Below the pieces are notes generated by a model. That model worked only from the letters and a program-made list of their open reading frames with translations. It searched no databases and was not told the origin of the DNA. The translations under genes and the position numbers were made by a program. This document shows positions 21,301 through 35,690 of a DNA stretch of 64,000 bases, one piece after another. The stretch's first letter is position 1. Every line of letters begins with the position of its first letter. The stretch covers positions 21,824,001-21,888,000 of the forward strand of contig NC_073389.1 in assembly GCF_028641065.1 (NCBI RefSeq), read 5' to 3'. Source of the DNA: Leucoraja erinacea (taxonomy: Eukaryota).

Positions 21301-22301
21301 TTGAATCAGATGATAATGATTGAAAGATGCCCCATTTTTGTTTGTCCCACCTGCCGTGCTTGGCCCGTATGCCTCTAAACCTTGCCTTTCCATGTACCTG
21401 TCGAGATGTCACTTAACTCTACGACAAGAGAATGTCACTTGGCAACGATGATCCTTTCGATGCTGTGTACACTGAATGTTTTACCCAAGTCCTCTATAGT
21501 TCTTTCCCATGTTGATTGTTTTCTTAAATCTATTTGTTTTTGGTAGCAATACTTTTGTTTTGAAGACAATACTTTTGTTTCCTCCTACCCCATCATAATC
21601 TTTCAGAATTTTGAACATTCCAAATCAAATCTTTTAGTTCCAATCATTTTTTGTTCAGAACAATTACAGTTTCTCAAATCTATTCCCATCACTGCAGTAA
21701 GGTAGCCCTGGTCTCACCCTTGTAAATCTCTGATCCCATGCTGAGGCCTCAGAAACTTTACCCAATAGGTATCCGGAGTAGGCCACAGTCCCATAGCTGG
21801 TGCTTAATCAACATTTTACCTAGGTTTAGTATCAGTTCCTTGCATTAATACTCTTCTGCATCTACTTACAAAGCTAAAATGTGTCTTTGTATCTCCTCAA
21901 CCTTTATTATTATATCAATCAGTTTACACTGACTCTCCCCACTCTTCCTAACAAATTGAATTAATTCATCCCCAATTGGCCTTAATTTGATCTGCCATAT
22001 TGTTATTCATTTCATTGGTTATTATCCTATTGGCGGCTTACTAAATTTCCATGTTTTGTTCCATCTCCAAACTTCACTATGAAACCCTGTTTACATAAGT
22101 CTGGGTCATTAATGTAAATCAAAAGCACAGTTGGTCTTAATGCCAAACCCTGAGGAACACCATTGTATCCCTTCTAGTCTGAGAAAAAAATATTTCACCA
22201 GCACACCTTATTGTTTGTCTCGCAGTCAATCGAGCATTTGAATAGCCTTTAGGACTTTTACTTTGCCAGAGAATTATTGGTACAGGACTTATTGAACTTA
22301 C

Positions 22302-22355
22302 TGTTATCCACATTTTCATATATTGGAGGTATTTTGGATGCGTTTTGACCATGCT
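22302..22355 (-). CDS. TIGIT-like gene cytoplasmic exon (EHGQNASKIPPIYENVDN)
   Basis: Acceptor atctctcaacag, donor ACA|gtaagt, 54 bp, phase 1-1. YENV matches the YxN Grb2/ITT-like motif type. Confidence 0.62.
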
Positions 22356-23234
22356 CTGTTGAGAGATAATCATAATATATAAAGAGTATATTAGTAAAAT
22401 ATAGAATTAAGAAAATAGGAAATTAAATCTCAATCCAGATGAAGGATCTTGTCCTAAAATGTCAACTGTACATTTCCCGTCACAAATGCTGCCTGAATTG
22501 CTGAGTTTCTCCAGTAGTTTATTGTTTGCTGTTGATTCCAACATCTGCAGTTTATTGTATCTTCAGACATAAATAATAACCAACTGTTGGTGGTCTTATG
22601 AATGTACTGCTTCAACCTAACTAATGATTCCACTTACATGCTTATGGCAGATAACATATCGAATGCTTTTAGTGTGTCTCCTCAATACTTTATCGTGCAC
22701 CAGTTCAGCAACATTTCAAACTGGAATGAGGTATGGTTAAGCTTCATCAGGCCACAGCAGTGACAATGACATCCCAATCATTCATAAGTGAGAAATGACC
22801 CATGCAGTTTATATGGAATTGCAATAACATGGACAAGCAAAGCCAAATGAAATGCACTCCATCCTGTTGAATGAAGCTATTAGATTAGATCCAGCTGTAT
22901 TCATTGTAAATTGTGATATACGGTGCTTGGTGTGCTATCCTCATTTTCATACAGGGATATATGACTTTTGATTTATTTCTGTGGGAAAAAAAGGCAAAAT
23001 ACTGATGGTGGCAAACTACTGATGAAAGAAGACTTCATCCACAATGTGAAAAACTGCAATATTCTCACCCGGAGAAATTCCAAACACAATTATAGTTCCT
23101 CAGTGCTACTCTTTAAAGAAACCACCAATGGACATCAAAAATGAAATGTGCAGCAGCGTGTATGTCTCAGGAATTCTCACAGAATTCAGAGTAGGAGTAT
23201 ATCTGCTGAAGTCTTTTTAATGAAATCTGTCGCT

Positions 23235-23555
23235 TTACTTTAGACTTTTAGAATTTAGAGATGTAGCACAGAAACAAGCCCTTCAGCCCACCGAGTACAT
23301 GCCGATCAGCGATCACCCTGTACACTAACCTACACACACGCACTAGGGGCAATTTTACAACTTAGCGAAGCCAATTAGCCTACAAACCTGCTCGTCTTTG
23401 CAATGTTGGAGGAAACCAGAGCGCCCAGTGAAAACCCACGTGGTCACAGGGAGAACATACAAACTCCATATAGACAGCACCCCTAGTCAGGACCGAACCC
23501 AGGTCTCTGGTGTTGTAAGGCAGCAACTCTACCACTGCGCCACTGTGGCATCCCT
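23235..23555 (-). mobile_element. HE1-like SINE
   Basis: Full-length reverse copy with (actttag)-type tail. Confidence 0.78.
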
Positions 23556-24289
23556 AAGCTGTTTGACATTAAACTGTTTGCCTGTACTGTCAGTCTTGTA
23601 AAACTTATCATATGTAGATTATTGGGGTGAATTCCAGTGATTGACAACACATAAATAGCTGCATATGTGTAAATTTGTGCAGTCACAGCCATTCATGAAT
23701 GGTAAATCATAACCTCATGGGTGGCAATAGACTTTTCTCAATTGCCAATTAAGTCTTTGCAATGAATTATAATAAACAAGATTTGTAGATTATTGCGTAG
23801 CATTATTCAATAAATGATGCATCCACTATGTTATCCCACTTTCACATCCATTCCTTACAAACTAGGAACAATTTACAGAGGACCATTAACCTACAAACTT
23901 GCATGTCTTTGGGATGTGGGAGAAAACCGGAGCACCCAGGAGGAAACTCATGACCTGGTTAATGGGAGAATGTGCAAGCACCAAAACCCAGGTCTCTGGT
24001 GATGCAAGGCAGCGACTCTACCAGCTGATCCCTGTGCCGCCTGCAGTTGTTTTCGGAGTTATTTAAAATTGCTTGGTTCTATCTCCCTTGGATGTTGTTT
24101 AAATACTTTCAACTACACAGATTGAGAGACTAGGTATAATATAATGAACTAAGAATAGGGCTAAATTCATTTTTTAAATACTTTTTCTGGGAAGTTGAAA
24201 GTATACAGAGCAAATTGACTGGTAGTGTGTGAAGGCGCGTTTTGGTGCGATTTAGACCAAATACGCCGCTATGGACTTCTACTACCGGC

Positions 24290-26063
24290 TGCGAGGCACG
24301 TTTTGATGCAGCAAACACCACACCCAAGAGGAGAGCCAGCCCCTGCTTACAAACCGACCAGCCAGTCCTGACCATAGACACAATGGACACACGGAGAATC
24401 CTGTCTAAGGTCAACCCGTGGAAAGCAGTCGGACCCGACAACATCCCAGGACGTGTGCTAAAGGAATGTGCTGAGGAGTTAGCAGATGTGCTAACAGACA
24501 TCTTTAACATCTCCCTTAGTCAGGCCATTGTCCCCACATGCCTCAAAACTTCCACGATAATCCCCATAGCGAAGAAACCAGTGGTTGCCTGCCTAAATGA
24601 CTGTCGCCCTGACCCCAATAATAATGAAGTGTTTTGAACGCCTGGTGAAACCCCACATTACTGCCAGCCTCCCCTCATCGTTAGACCCCCTACAGTTTGC
24701 CTATCGCCCCAACCGCTCTACAGAGGATGCCATCTCTACCACGCTGCACACAGTAATCGCGCATCTGGAACACAAGAACACATACGCCAGAATCCTGTAG
24801 ATTGACTTCAGCTCAGCGTTTAATACCATCATCCCACAGAGACTTGTGGAGAAACTAACCCTGCTGGGCCTCAACACCACCCTGTGTCACTGGATCTTGG
24901 ACTTTCTGACAGAGAGACCGCAGTCAGTCCGTGTGGGCAAGAACACTTCAGGCTCGATCACGCTGAGCACCGGCTCCCCTCAAGGCTGTGTGCTCAGCCC
25001 GCTGTTGTTCACTCTGCTCACACATGACTGTGCTGCCAGATTCAGGGAAAATAAAATCATAAAATTCGCGGACGACACTACAGTGGTGGGACTCATCAGT
25101 GGAGATGACGAAACAATGTACAGGGAGGAAGTAGAACAACTGGTGGACTGGTGCGGCAAAAACAACCTAGAATTGAATGTCGACAAAACTAAGGAGATGG
25201 TTGTCGACTTCAGGAGGGCGCAGCCAAAGCATACACCGCTCAACATTAGTGGCACTGCAGTGGAGAGAGTGGAGAGCATAAAGTTCCTCGGTGTGCAAAT
25301 AACGGACAGCCTCACCTGGTCCAGGAACACCACTGGGACCGTCAAACGGGCCCATCAGCGACTGCACTTCCTGAGGAAACTAAAACAGGCCTCACTCCCC
25401 ACCAACATCCTCAGGACTTTCTACAGGGGCACGGTGGAGTCTGTACTCACGTACTGCATAAATACGTGGTACTCCACCTGCAACTGTTCGGACAGGAAGG
25501 CTCTGCAGAGGGTAGTGAGGGGAGCAGAGAGGATCATTGGCGTCTCCCTACCCTCGGTACAAGAACTGTTCCAGAGCCGCTGTCTGAAGAAAGCACAGAG
25601 AATTGCCAAGGACAAACTGCACCCCCTCCACGCACACCTGGATCTCCTGCCATCAGGCAAGAGATATCGTAGCATCAAAGCCCGGACTACGAGGCTGTTA
25701 AACAGCTTCCTACCACAGGCTGTGAGGCTGCTAAACAGTCACTCTGCACCCACAGTCACTTGACTTGACTCTGCGGCTGGCACGGACACTTTAATACTGG
25801 CACTGGCCACTCGAATCAGCGGCCCCGGACATTTTTTATGATTGGTTTATTGAATTTTAACATTGTGTTTTTTTTTTACCTGCTTTTAACTATTTATACT
25901 GTTCCATCAGGGACTGGATTGTTTTTAGTGTTATTATGTGTGAAGTGTTTAAATTTCATGTGCGATGCTCCGCTATTCACTGGGAAACGTCTTTTCATTT
26001 TGCACTGTAACAACTGTTGCTTGCAAGATGACAATAAAGTTTGATTGATTGATTGATTGATTG
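24290..26063 (+). mobile_element. Rex1/Babar-clade LINE, 5'-truncated, disrupted RT
   Basis: [67 protein letters not shown]. Frameshift near 24600 and in-frame stop at 24798-24800. AATAAA plus (TTGA)n tail. Confidence 0.9.
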
Positions 26064-26215
26064 AAGACTTGCTGCCTGCTCCGAGGATAGTGTCAGACCA
26101 GTTCTTCATTGCCAAGGAGATAATAATTCTGATCTTCCATGGCTCCTTAATTAACCAAACGTAAATCAAACTGGGGAAATCCATGATCCTTCAATCCCAA
26201 AGGATAGGCTTCAGT

Positions 26216-26690
26216 AGTTAGTTAGTTTAGTTTATTGGCAAGTTTACCAAGGTACAGTGTGTTGCGTGCTATCTAGTCAGCAGGAAGACTATACATGATT
26301 ACCATCGAGCTGTACACAGTGTACAGATACAGGATTAAGGGAATAACGTTTAGTGCAAGATAAAGTCCAGTAGAGTCTGATTAAAGACAATCTGTAGACG
26401 TCCAATTATATAGGTGGCTGCTCAGGACCACTCCCTAGAGGTGATAGGATGGTTGAGTTGCCTGATAACAGCTAGGAAGAAACTGTCCCTGAATCTGGTG
26501 GTGTGCGTTCTCACACTTCTACACCTCTTGCCTGATGTGAGAGGGGTGAAGAGGGAGTTACTGGGGTGCAACTGGTCCTTGGTTATGCATGCGGCCTTGC
26601 CGAGGCAGTGTGAAGTGTATATGGCGTCAATGGAAGGGAGGTTGCTTTGTGTGATGTTCTGGACTGTATCCACAATTCTCTGCAATTTCA
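26216..26690 (-). mobile_element. Rex1-like LINE 3' fragment
   Basis: HPSNSLF..L.SGKR.RS..T.TTRFRDSFF..VIR.LN C-terminal motif. Confidence 0.75.
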
Positions 26691-27934
26691 TGACGTCTCT
26701 TGAAGTTTCTCACTAGAAATCCCTTTTAAATAAATATTTATCCCCAGAGACACAAGGACCTGCAAATGCTGGAATCTTGAGTACAAACAAAGTATTGGAG
26801 GGACAGATACTCTATTAACCTGTGACCCATTGAGTTACTCTAATATTAATCCCAATTTGACATCACAATGAGATTGCAGCTTCTGTCTGTATGAAATATA
26901 TTCCCATATATTTATTGTAAATTCTCCTATCTATCACACAAGGAACAAACACGAAAATCCAATAATTCCAGGCATGTCTGCTCTTCTTCAGCATTTGCTT
27001 TGAAGAACATCTTTATTTCATCTTTAGTTCTGTCCTTAAAACTCTTCTTTTAACAAGGGCAGCCAAGTAATTTTCCAATTTTCAATGCACATTGGGGTGA
27101 ATTAGATGTAAGGAGAAACAAATCGGTTTTGATCAGTTGACTGCTTGCTCTTTTGTTTTCAAACTACAAAGTAATTTTGACAGTGGGAATCTTTATTGAC
27201 AGACAGTGCAAAGCCAAGTGTGAAAATCCAAACATGCTTTTTGCAAAAATGAAAGAGGCAGCCATCAAGGCATCAGCAGGTTTCACGCATTACCATGTCT
27301 CGCAGAGCCCGACCCATCTGTTTTCTTTTTAAAGACAAAAAATAGCTCTTTGTATTTCATTGTAAATTGTAAACGAGGCTGTGTTACCAGGCTGTTTATA
27401 TTCAGCAGAACAAACCGCTTTTTTTTTCTGTAGACAATACCGGCAACTGGTGGTCCGACATCTCTTTTCATTTGGGCAAAATTACGAGAGCACACTTGAA
27501 ATCCCCCCCTCCCCCCTGGAAATCCCTCCGAAAATGTGGTGCCTTGGCCAGGTAAGGCGGCCGATATTGACTTCATCGGGACTTCCGTGACCAATCGGTG
27601 GGTTGAATTTTCGACCGGAGCCTGTAGATCCGTTCCCTTAGCCAACCTCTGAGGCTGACTTTGTAGGCCGGTATTTTGGCACCCTGGTGGATTGGGTGGA
27701 CAGTCCAGGCACCATTTCATTCCTCTATTTGGTCCAGCTAATCCAGAAAGGCTCTGGAACCAAGAGTGCCGGAAAATCAGTGGTGGACCTCTAGTTCAAG
27801 GAAGAACGTTGAAGAAGGAGAGGTGTTGTTTTCTGCACTTCCTAAATGTTGTTATACCCATTGTGAAGCCACAAGGAAATGCAGATGCCAGAAATCTTGA
27901 GAAAACCACTGTTCTTAATGTTTATAATTTACTT

Positions 27935-28700
27935 AACCATATAACCATATAACAATTACAGCACGGAAACAGGCCATCTCGGCCCTACAAGTCCGTGCCG
28001 AAAAACTTTTTTTTTTCCCCTTAGTCCCACCTGCCTGCACTCATACCATAACCCTCCATTCCCTTCTCATCCATATGCCTATCCAATTTATTTTTAAATG
28101 CTACCAATGAACCTGCCGACACCACTTCCACTGGAAGCTCATTCCACACCACTACCACTCTCTGAGTAAAGAAGTTCCCCCTCATGTTACCTCTAAACTT
28201 CTGTCCCTTAATTCTGAAGTCATGTCCTTGCTTGAATCTTCCCTATTCTCAAAGGGAAAAGCTTGTCCACATCAACTCTGTCTATCCCTCTCATCATTTT
28301 AAAGACCTCTATCAAGTCCCCCCTTAACCTTCTGCGCTCCAGAGAATAAAGACTTAACTTATTCAACCTATCTCTGTAACTTAGTTGTTGAAACCCAGGC
28401 AACATTCTAGTAAATCTCCTCTGTACTCTCTCTATTTTGTTGACATCCTTCCTATAATTGGGCGACCAAAATTGTACACCATACTCCAGATTTGGTCTCA
28501 CCAATGCCTTGTATAATATTAACATTACATCCCAGCTTCTATACTCAATGCTCTGATTTATAAAGGCTAGCATACCAAAAGCTTTCTTTACCACCCTATC
28601 TATATGAGATGCCACCTTCAAGGAACTATGCACGGTTATTCCAAGATCCCTCTGTTCAACTGTATTCTTCAATTCCCTACCATTTACCATGTACGTACTT
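27935..28700 (-). mobile_element. CR1-clade LINE 3' fragment
   Basis: QRDLGI...RPNLEYGVQFWSP...RRLRGDLIEVFK; (tatggtta) tail. Confidence 0.88.
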
Positions 28701-29166
28701 CTTTTGTTAGAACAATGTAAAGGTAATTTTTGGAAGCACATTAATGCCAAACTGATTTTTCTTCAAATGCGACATCTTGAAGTTTCTTCCTAGCTGTTAT
28801 AAGGCAACTGAACCATCCTATCAATAGCTGAGATGTTGTTATTGGGTTGCTACCTTACAGCGCCAGAGACCCGGGTTTGATCTTGATTAGGGATACTGTC
28901 ACTATAGAGTTTGTACATGCTGCCCATGACCTGCGTGGGTTTTCTCCAGGTGCTCTAGTTTACTGTAATTTTTACTGTTCCTTGGTAAACTAAACTAACT
29001 AACTAACTAAATTGAATTACCAGGAGGATTGCTGAGGAAAAAGCAATACACATTGTCTATGTGGATTTTAGCAGAGCCTACCAGAGATTTTAGCTGACCA
29101 ATGATCAACTGTACACTAGTTCTATCCTACACCATTGGGACAATGTACAGAAGCCAATTAACCTAA

Positions 29167-29402
29167 TGCCCCTGTCCCACTTAGGAAACCTGACCAGAAA
29201 CCTCTGGAGACTTTGCTCCCCACCCAAGGTTTCCGTGCAGTTCTCGGAGGTCCCTGGAGGTTTTTGTCAGTCTCCCTACCTGCTTCCACTACCTGCAACC
29301 TCCGGCAACCACCTGCAACCTCCGGGAACTGCACGGAAACCTTGGGCGGGGCACAAAGTCTCCAGAGGTTTCCGTTCAGGTTTCCTAATTGGGACAGGGG
29401 CT
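29167..29402. mobile_element. PIF/Harbinger-type MITE nested in a SINE
   Basis: TIRs gcccctgtccca and tgggacaggggc with long sub-terminal inverted arms; TAA TSD (29164-29166, 29403-29405). Confidence 0.8.
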
Positions 29403-29589
29403 TAACCTGTACGTCTGTGGGATGTGGGAGGAAACCGGAACGCCCGGAGAAAACCCAAGTGATCCCAGGAAGTACGTACAAACTCCGTACAGACAGCAAC
29501 CGTGGTCAGGATTGAACCCAGGTCTCTGGCGCTGTAAGGCTGCAACTCTACCGCTGCACTACTGTGTCGCCCTTGTGCCCTTTGGTTGG

Positions 29590-31560
29590 GTGTTTATTCC
29601 CTTGAAACATAGAAGGCTGAGGGGTGATCTTACAGAGGTTTACAAAATCATGATGGGCATTGATAAGGTGAATGGTCATTGTCTTTTACCCAGAGTAGAG
29701 GAATCAAAAACTAGATGAGAAAGGAAAGATTTCATGGGATATGGGGGTGGGGGGGGGGGGGCAACTGTTTCACACAAAGGGCGATGGGTATTTGGCACAA
29801 GCTGCTGGATGAAGTGCTAACGGTGGGTACAATTACCTACTTTAAAAGACAATTGGACATGTATACAGATAGAATGGTTTTGGAGGGATACTGGACAAAC
29901 GCAGACAGATGCGACATTGGTCAGCATTGACCACGTTGGACCAAAGAGCTTGTTTCCATGCTGTTTAACTGACCATACAATGCAAACATCTGAATTTATA
30001 CTTGTATTTATGAAGCATGATATGCATTGATTCAAAGTTTATCATCTGAAATGTAACTGGGATTGAAATATTAGTCTATAAGGAATAGTGGGCGCTTGCA
30101 AATGCAATTCACAGCAGACTAGCACCAGTGGCCTTGACTCAGCCGGAAGCACACAGCCAAATGTTATATTGTGCCACAAAGAGATGAGATTAACTTTGAA
30201 GAGTGCAGCACAGGGACAAGCTTTTTGGCTCATGATATCTGTGCGAAACCTGACGCCAAATTAAACTAATCCCTTCTGCCTGCACATGATCCATATCCCT
30301 CCTCCCCTTCATATTCATGTGCCTATCTAAAAATCTCTTAAATGCCTGTTATTCTGCTTCCACCACCAACTCTGGCAGCACATTCCAGGCATTACCATTT
30401 GCTGTGGGCAGCACTGCATTCTTGGCTCTGTTAATTTAATCTGCCTTTTCTCCACCCATATCTGTAACTGATCTAGATTCAGTTGCATCCTTTGATGGCC
30501 TTCTTCACTGTCTATTTTTGAATCACCTGCAAATTTGCTAAACAGCCCATCTACATTTTTGTCCAAGTCTCACACACACACGCACGCACTTAGACAGATA
30601 GACAGACAGATAGCACAAACAACAGAGGTCCCAGCACTGTTCCCTGCAGAACACACAGGTCACACAGTCAGAATAACACTCTTCCACTTCTAACCTCCGT
30701 CATTTTATATGAGTAAGCCAGTTCTGAATACAAACTATCAAGTCATTGTGCACCATGCATCTTAATCATCTAGATCAACCTTCCAAGAGGGACCTTGTCA
30801 AACGTAGACAACATCCACAGCCCTACCCTCAACAGTCACCTACTTCAATTCTACAAAAAACTCAATCAAGCATGCAAGACATGTCCTGTTTTACACACAG
30901 GCATGCTGACTGTCCCTAATTAGCCCATTCTCTTCTAGATGCATGTTAATCCTATCCCTAAGAATCTTCTCCAATAACTTCCCTTCCATTGTTGTGAGAC
31001 TCTCGTATAATTTTCTGGATTATCTCAATTTCCCTCTTAAACAAAATTACACTTTTTTTTTCTCCAGCCCTCCATAACCTTGCTTGGCTAGAGTAGATAC
31101 AAAGACCTTCACCAAGGCCCTGACAATCTACACTCTTGCCATCATGCCAATAGACAATAGGCGCAGGAGTAGGCCATTTGGCCCTTCAAGCCAGCACCGC
31201 CATTCAATGTGATCGTGGTTGATCATCTATAATCAGTACCCCGTTCCTGCCTTCTCCCCATATCCCCTGACTATCTGCTATCTTTAAGAGCCCCATCTAG
31301 CTCTCTCTTGAAAGTATCCAGTGAACCGGCCTCCACCGCCCTCTGAGGCAGAGAATTCTCTGTGTGAAAAAGTGTTTCCTCATCTCCATTCTAAATTGCT
31401 TACCCCTTATTCTTAAACTATGGCCCCTGGTTCTGGACTCGCCCAACATCAGGAACATGTTTCCTGCCTTTAGCGTGTCCAAACCCTTCATAATCTTATG
31501 TGTTTCAATAAGATCCCCTCTCATCCTATATTCCAGAGTATACAAGCCCAGCTGCTGCCT
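29590..31560. mobile_element. Cluster of degraded CR1-clade fragments (both strands)
   Basis: RRLRGDL, SKFA.D.KI and RTRGHSLRI remnants. Confidence 0.7.
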
Positions 31561-31901
31561 TGGGGATTCATCCATCTTTTTACTTTTTAAGAGACCTAAC
31601 ACCATCTACTTGATCTTCAAATGTCCGAACATATTGGTATATCCCACACTGATCTCAGTATCCTCCATGTCCTTTTCCTTGAGGAAATGTAATTTTGTAA
31701 TTTAAGGGGTAGAGAAAACCTATGCAAGTTGGAATAATGCCATGTGGCAATTTTCCTACATTTTAGGCCAGGGAAGCAAGTCTCCTTGTTTGTGACATGT
31801 TATTGGAGTTGTTTGCATTGTGAAATAATAATGTCTGTTTGGAAATTAAATTTAGAGGAAGTTAAGCAGAAAGGAAATGTATGCAGTCACGTAGGACTCA
31901 C

Positions 31902-31970
31902 CTGAAGACTTTCTCTTCAACTTCCATGTAATCAACACAGCAACAATAATTGCTATGGCACCAATTGAAA
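31902..31970 (-). CDS. TIGIT-like gene transmembrane exon (VSIGAIAIIVAVLITWKLKRKSS)
   Basis: Acceptor ttcttattatttcaacag, donor CAG|gtgagt, 69 bp, phase 1-1. With the previous exon it gives a 22-aa hydrophobic helix followed by basic KLKRK. Confidence 0.8.
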
Positions 31971-32527
31971 CTGTTGAAATAATAAGAACACCAATTGCTG
32001 TAAAATGATGCTGCAGTTCCCTATTTACACAGCCCTTGTGTACTATCATTTGCACTGTTGCAATGTGATGCATTTTGTTATTGACAATCCTTCCCCGAGT
32101 CCAATTGCTGTTGAGCTTCCCGTTTTATATGAAGATTAAGAGCATTAAAAACACCGCAAATTAGCTGCTCAAATTATTTGGGTTAAAAACCACAGCCGCC
32201 CAAAAGTAGTTGATAATGCATTCATGATATTTCAAGTGAAATCAAATTGATTGTACAGAAGTCATTGAAACATAAAAGCTTAAAGGGCAAGATAAATTAA
32301 TACTGTATAACCATTAGGATAACATAATAAAAATAAATAACATAAGTTCAGTATAACTGGATTTGAAAAGCTATGTAGTAACTTCTATTTGCATAACTAG
32401 CATAACCTGTACATGTTTTACAGATTCTTTGTAATATTCTACCAACATTAAATTAATAGTAATTCAAGATTATAAACTAATACTGAAATTGTGAGGATAA
32501 TGGACAGAGTTTTGTTTTAATTCTCAC

Positions 32528-32584
32528 CTGCAAGGTATATTAAGATATTTTTCTTAAGACGGTACTTTGCAGTTATGTCATACC
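32528..32584 (-). CDS. TIGIT-like gene stalk/TM-start exon (GYDITAKYRLKKNILIYLA)
   Basis: Acceptor ttttttgttattaacag, donor CAG|gtgaga, 57 bp, phase 1-1. Confidence 0.7.
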
Positions 32585-33418
32585 CTGTTAATAACAAAAA
32601 AGGTTTACAAATGCATGTTCAAATTATTCACTGAATTATATTATTATTGATCAACTTCAAAGATCAGATTCAATGAATGAATCACCTCAAAAACGTTGTG
32701 GTACAAGAAATGGAATGGACCATGGGGCTGCTAAGGCCTGTTCTTTCACCCATCAAGGACATGGCTGAAGATAGACTCAAAATGCTGGAGTAATTCAGCA
32801 GGTGAGGCAGCTTTTGTGGAGTAAGAAACAATTAACATTTCATCAGTTTTATCTAAGGGCCGTCAACATGAAACATTAAGTCGGAAAGGTTTTCAATCTG
32901 AAACATTAATATTGTTTCTCCATCCACAGATGCTGCTTAACTTGTTGAGAATTTCAAGCACTTTTTGTTTATGTTTCAGATTTCCAGCCAACACCTACCA
33001 ATATGCTCCACCTACATTAGTCTCACCTGCCTGCATTTGGCCCACATCCTTCTAAACCTCTCCTATCTATGTACCTGTCCGAATGTTTTTTAGATGTTGT
33101 AATAGTACACAACAACCTACTCAACTGCCCACTCTGGCAGCTAGTTCCATATAACTTCCACCTTTTGTATTAAAAAGTTGTGGTACTTTTATAAACACTA
33201 TTAGCGTGATCCATAATTGGCAGATGAGAGTATTTAAGAAAAATCTTTCAGCAAATTGGGATTTCTAATCATTATAAAAATGTATCCATTTGAGATTTAT
33301 CTGAGCTCTCTGGAATAAATATATCCATTCACCATTTTGAAAACCTCCATTTAAATATTGCTTAATTTTACATCATTCAAAGCAGTTCATAAATTTGACA
33401 TATTTTGTAAAACATTAC

Positions 33419-33748
33419 CGTTTACATCCAAGTGTACTTTGCCCTCTATTTTGCCGTTTGGATAGGTATGAAATATGCAGGTGTACCAGCCACTGTCTGC
33501 TGGCTGAACTCCTGTGATTGTGATCGTGGATCGATGTCCATTAACTTCCAATTTTATTCGTTCACTGTGGGGAGTTGTTGCGTTTGTGGCCACGTGGAAC
33601 ACACCAAGTTTCGTTCTGTTTTCGGACTTCTCCCATTCAACTAATACCAGTTTGAGATCTTTGTTTGAAGAGGCACAATGTAATGCTGCAGAACTGCCTT
33701 TTACAGCAGTTACAGACCCACTACTTTCAAGCTCTTTTGTTTGAATAC
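33419..33748 (-). CDS. TIGIT: IgV domain exon of a nectin/PVR-family immune receptor, TIGIT-like
   Basis: 330-bp phase 1-1 exon: GIQTKELESSGSVTAVKGSSAALHC...VLVEWEK...DSGWYTCIFHTYPNGKIEGKVHLDVN. It has B-strand Cys, C-strand Trp, DxGxYxC and the T(Y/F)P motif. It resembles TIGIT as recalled (ETTGNISAEKGGSIILQC...NWEQ...CIYHTYPDG). Orthology is not verified. Confidence 0.72.
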
Positions 33749-33781
33749 CTGGGGGAGTAAAGAAAAATGTGTCATTACACT

Positions 33782-34070
33782 TTTTAGTTTTGTTTCATTT
33801 CGAGATACAGCGTGGAAACAGGCCTTTCAGCTCACTCAACCATGTACAGTAGTTCTATCCTACGCACTAGGGATAATTAACCAAAGGCAATTAACCTACA
33901 AACCTGCATGCCTTTGGAATGTGGGAGGAAACCAGAACACCCGGAGAAAACACACGCAGTCACAGGGAGAATGTACAAACTCCGTACAGATAGCACCCAT
34001 AATCAGGATTGAACCAGGTTTTCTGACATTGTAAGGCAGCAACTCTACTGCTGCACCACTATATCACCCC
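33782..34070 (-). mobile_element. HE1-like SINE
   Basis: Family consensus, reverse orientation. Confidence 0.72.
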
Positions 34071-35469
34071 TTATTCTGTGGATAACAGTCGGGTCCGGTT
34101 GAAAGTCTACTTAACTAGGAACCCAGCAATATTGGACTCATTTCAGAGCCAAGTACCTGTGAAGGAATTAATCTTTTTGTCGTTTTGGTATGGTTTTCAA
34201 TTGGTCCAATCATTTTTTTAATGGTATAACACTCCTCAAGATACCATCAACAGGTGTAATGCCTGCAATCCACTGCATGTTTTTCAGCCTCACTAGCCTG
34301 AAAGATAATAGTTCCTAATGGCTTTATTAATGCTAAAATGTGCTATTTGAGGGACTAACTCAAACTGCATGGTTTTCTGAAGGAGACTCTTCTGACATGC
34401 AGGTTTGTAGATTTATTGTCTTTGGTAAAAATATTGTAAATTGCCTCTAGTGTGTAGGATAGTGCTACTGTATGGGGTGATAACTGGTCGACACGGACTC
34501 GGTAGGTCAAAGAGCGCTGTGTTTCTAAAGTCTAAATCATGCAAAGGAACTTTTGAGTTTTTCTTTGTTATTTCATTATTTAAAAGACCTCAATCTTCCT
34601 TTTCTTAATGGGCCTGTCCCACTATGGCAACTTTTTAGGCGACTGCAGGAGACTATGCAGTCACCACATGGTCGCCACATGTTCGTGGGTAGTTGCCGGG
34701 GAGTCGCCTTCATGGTAGCGAGGAGTTCCCGCATTCTGGGAACTAGTCACGGCCTGATTATGGTTGCTACGAATTTTTCAACATGTTGAAAAAGTAGCGG
34801 CGACTAGATTGAAGCCGCCATGGAGAGTAGCGAGAATTCTCGTGCCGTAGGCGGGTCACCCGGAGGTCCTAGTGGGTTGCTAGGAGGTCGAAGGTTCTCA
34901 GAGGTTCTCATAGGTTGGAGCTGGTGCTGACCGGTGAACTTCATTGGCTCATTGGGAAAAAAAAGGTAAGCAGTAGTTTTCAGAACCAAGGATAACAGAC
35001 CAGTAATGTTAAATTTCCGCCGAGCTTCACAGCCGTGTATCTCTGGATTATTAAAAGTTGTTTCCACTCCTTCTCTTCCATTCTCACCCACTTCTCCACC
35101 CCCCCCTCTTTTAAAGGACTTACCGTACACTGTGCCAGCCATCTTAACTACAGCGCCAACCTTCTTGTTCATCGTGTGTGTGTCTGGATCACCTTGGCTT
35201 TGCACCGTGTGATTTTTTTTTTTAGACACTGCTCCCCCCGCTTGCCCTGTCCCCCGCCTGCATAACGGGCTGGTAAAGGAAACAATGTATTTGTGTGTGT
35301 GTGTGTGTGTGTGTCTTTTAATTTATTGTTGTATTTTTGCGCTTTATGTGAGCTGTTATGTTATGTTCTGTTATGTTGTCTGTTTATGATGTCTTGTTTA
35401 TTCCACTGTACAGCACTTTGTTCAACATTGGTTGTCTTAAAGTGCTTAACAAATAAAGTTGGATTGGAT

Positions 35470-35690
35470 GTTACACAAAAAAGCTGGAGAAACTCAGCGG
35501 GTGCAGCAGCATCTATGGAGCGAAGGAAATAGGCAACGTTTCGGGCCGAAACCCTTCTTCAGACATGTTGCCAACGTTCGAAACGTTGCCTATTTCCTTC
35601 GCTCCATAGATGCTGCTGCACCCGCTGAGTTTCTCCAGCTTTTTTGTGTAACCTTCGATTCTCCAGCATCTGCAGTTCCCTCTTAAACAC
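35470..35690. mobile_element. Young Penelope-type inverted pLTR insertion with 14-bp TSD and hammerhead core
   Basis: Near-perfect arms of about 73 bp. TSD aagttggattggat (35456-35469, 35691-35704). Minus-strand CTGAAGAAGGGTTTCGGCCCGAAACGTT. Confidence 0.8.
35535..35562 (-). ncRNA. Minimal hammerhead-ribozyme-like core
   Basis: CUGAAGA(A), GGGU/UUCG/GCCC stem II, GAAAC-GUU. Helix I and helix III are very short. Confidence 0.5.

Noticed and set aside
31852-32073. 73-aa single-exon membrane protein from the ORF track
   Set aside because: Only 31902-31970 is bounded by good splice sites; the rest is better read as intron. The alternative acceptor at about 31998 would give an overlong hydrophobic segment.
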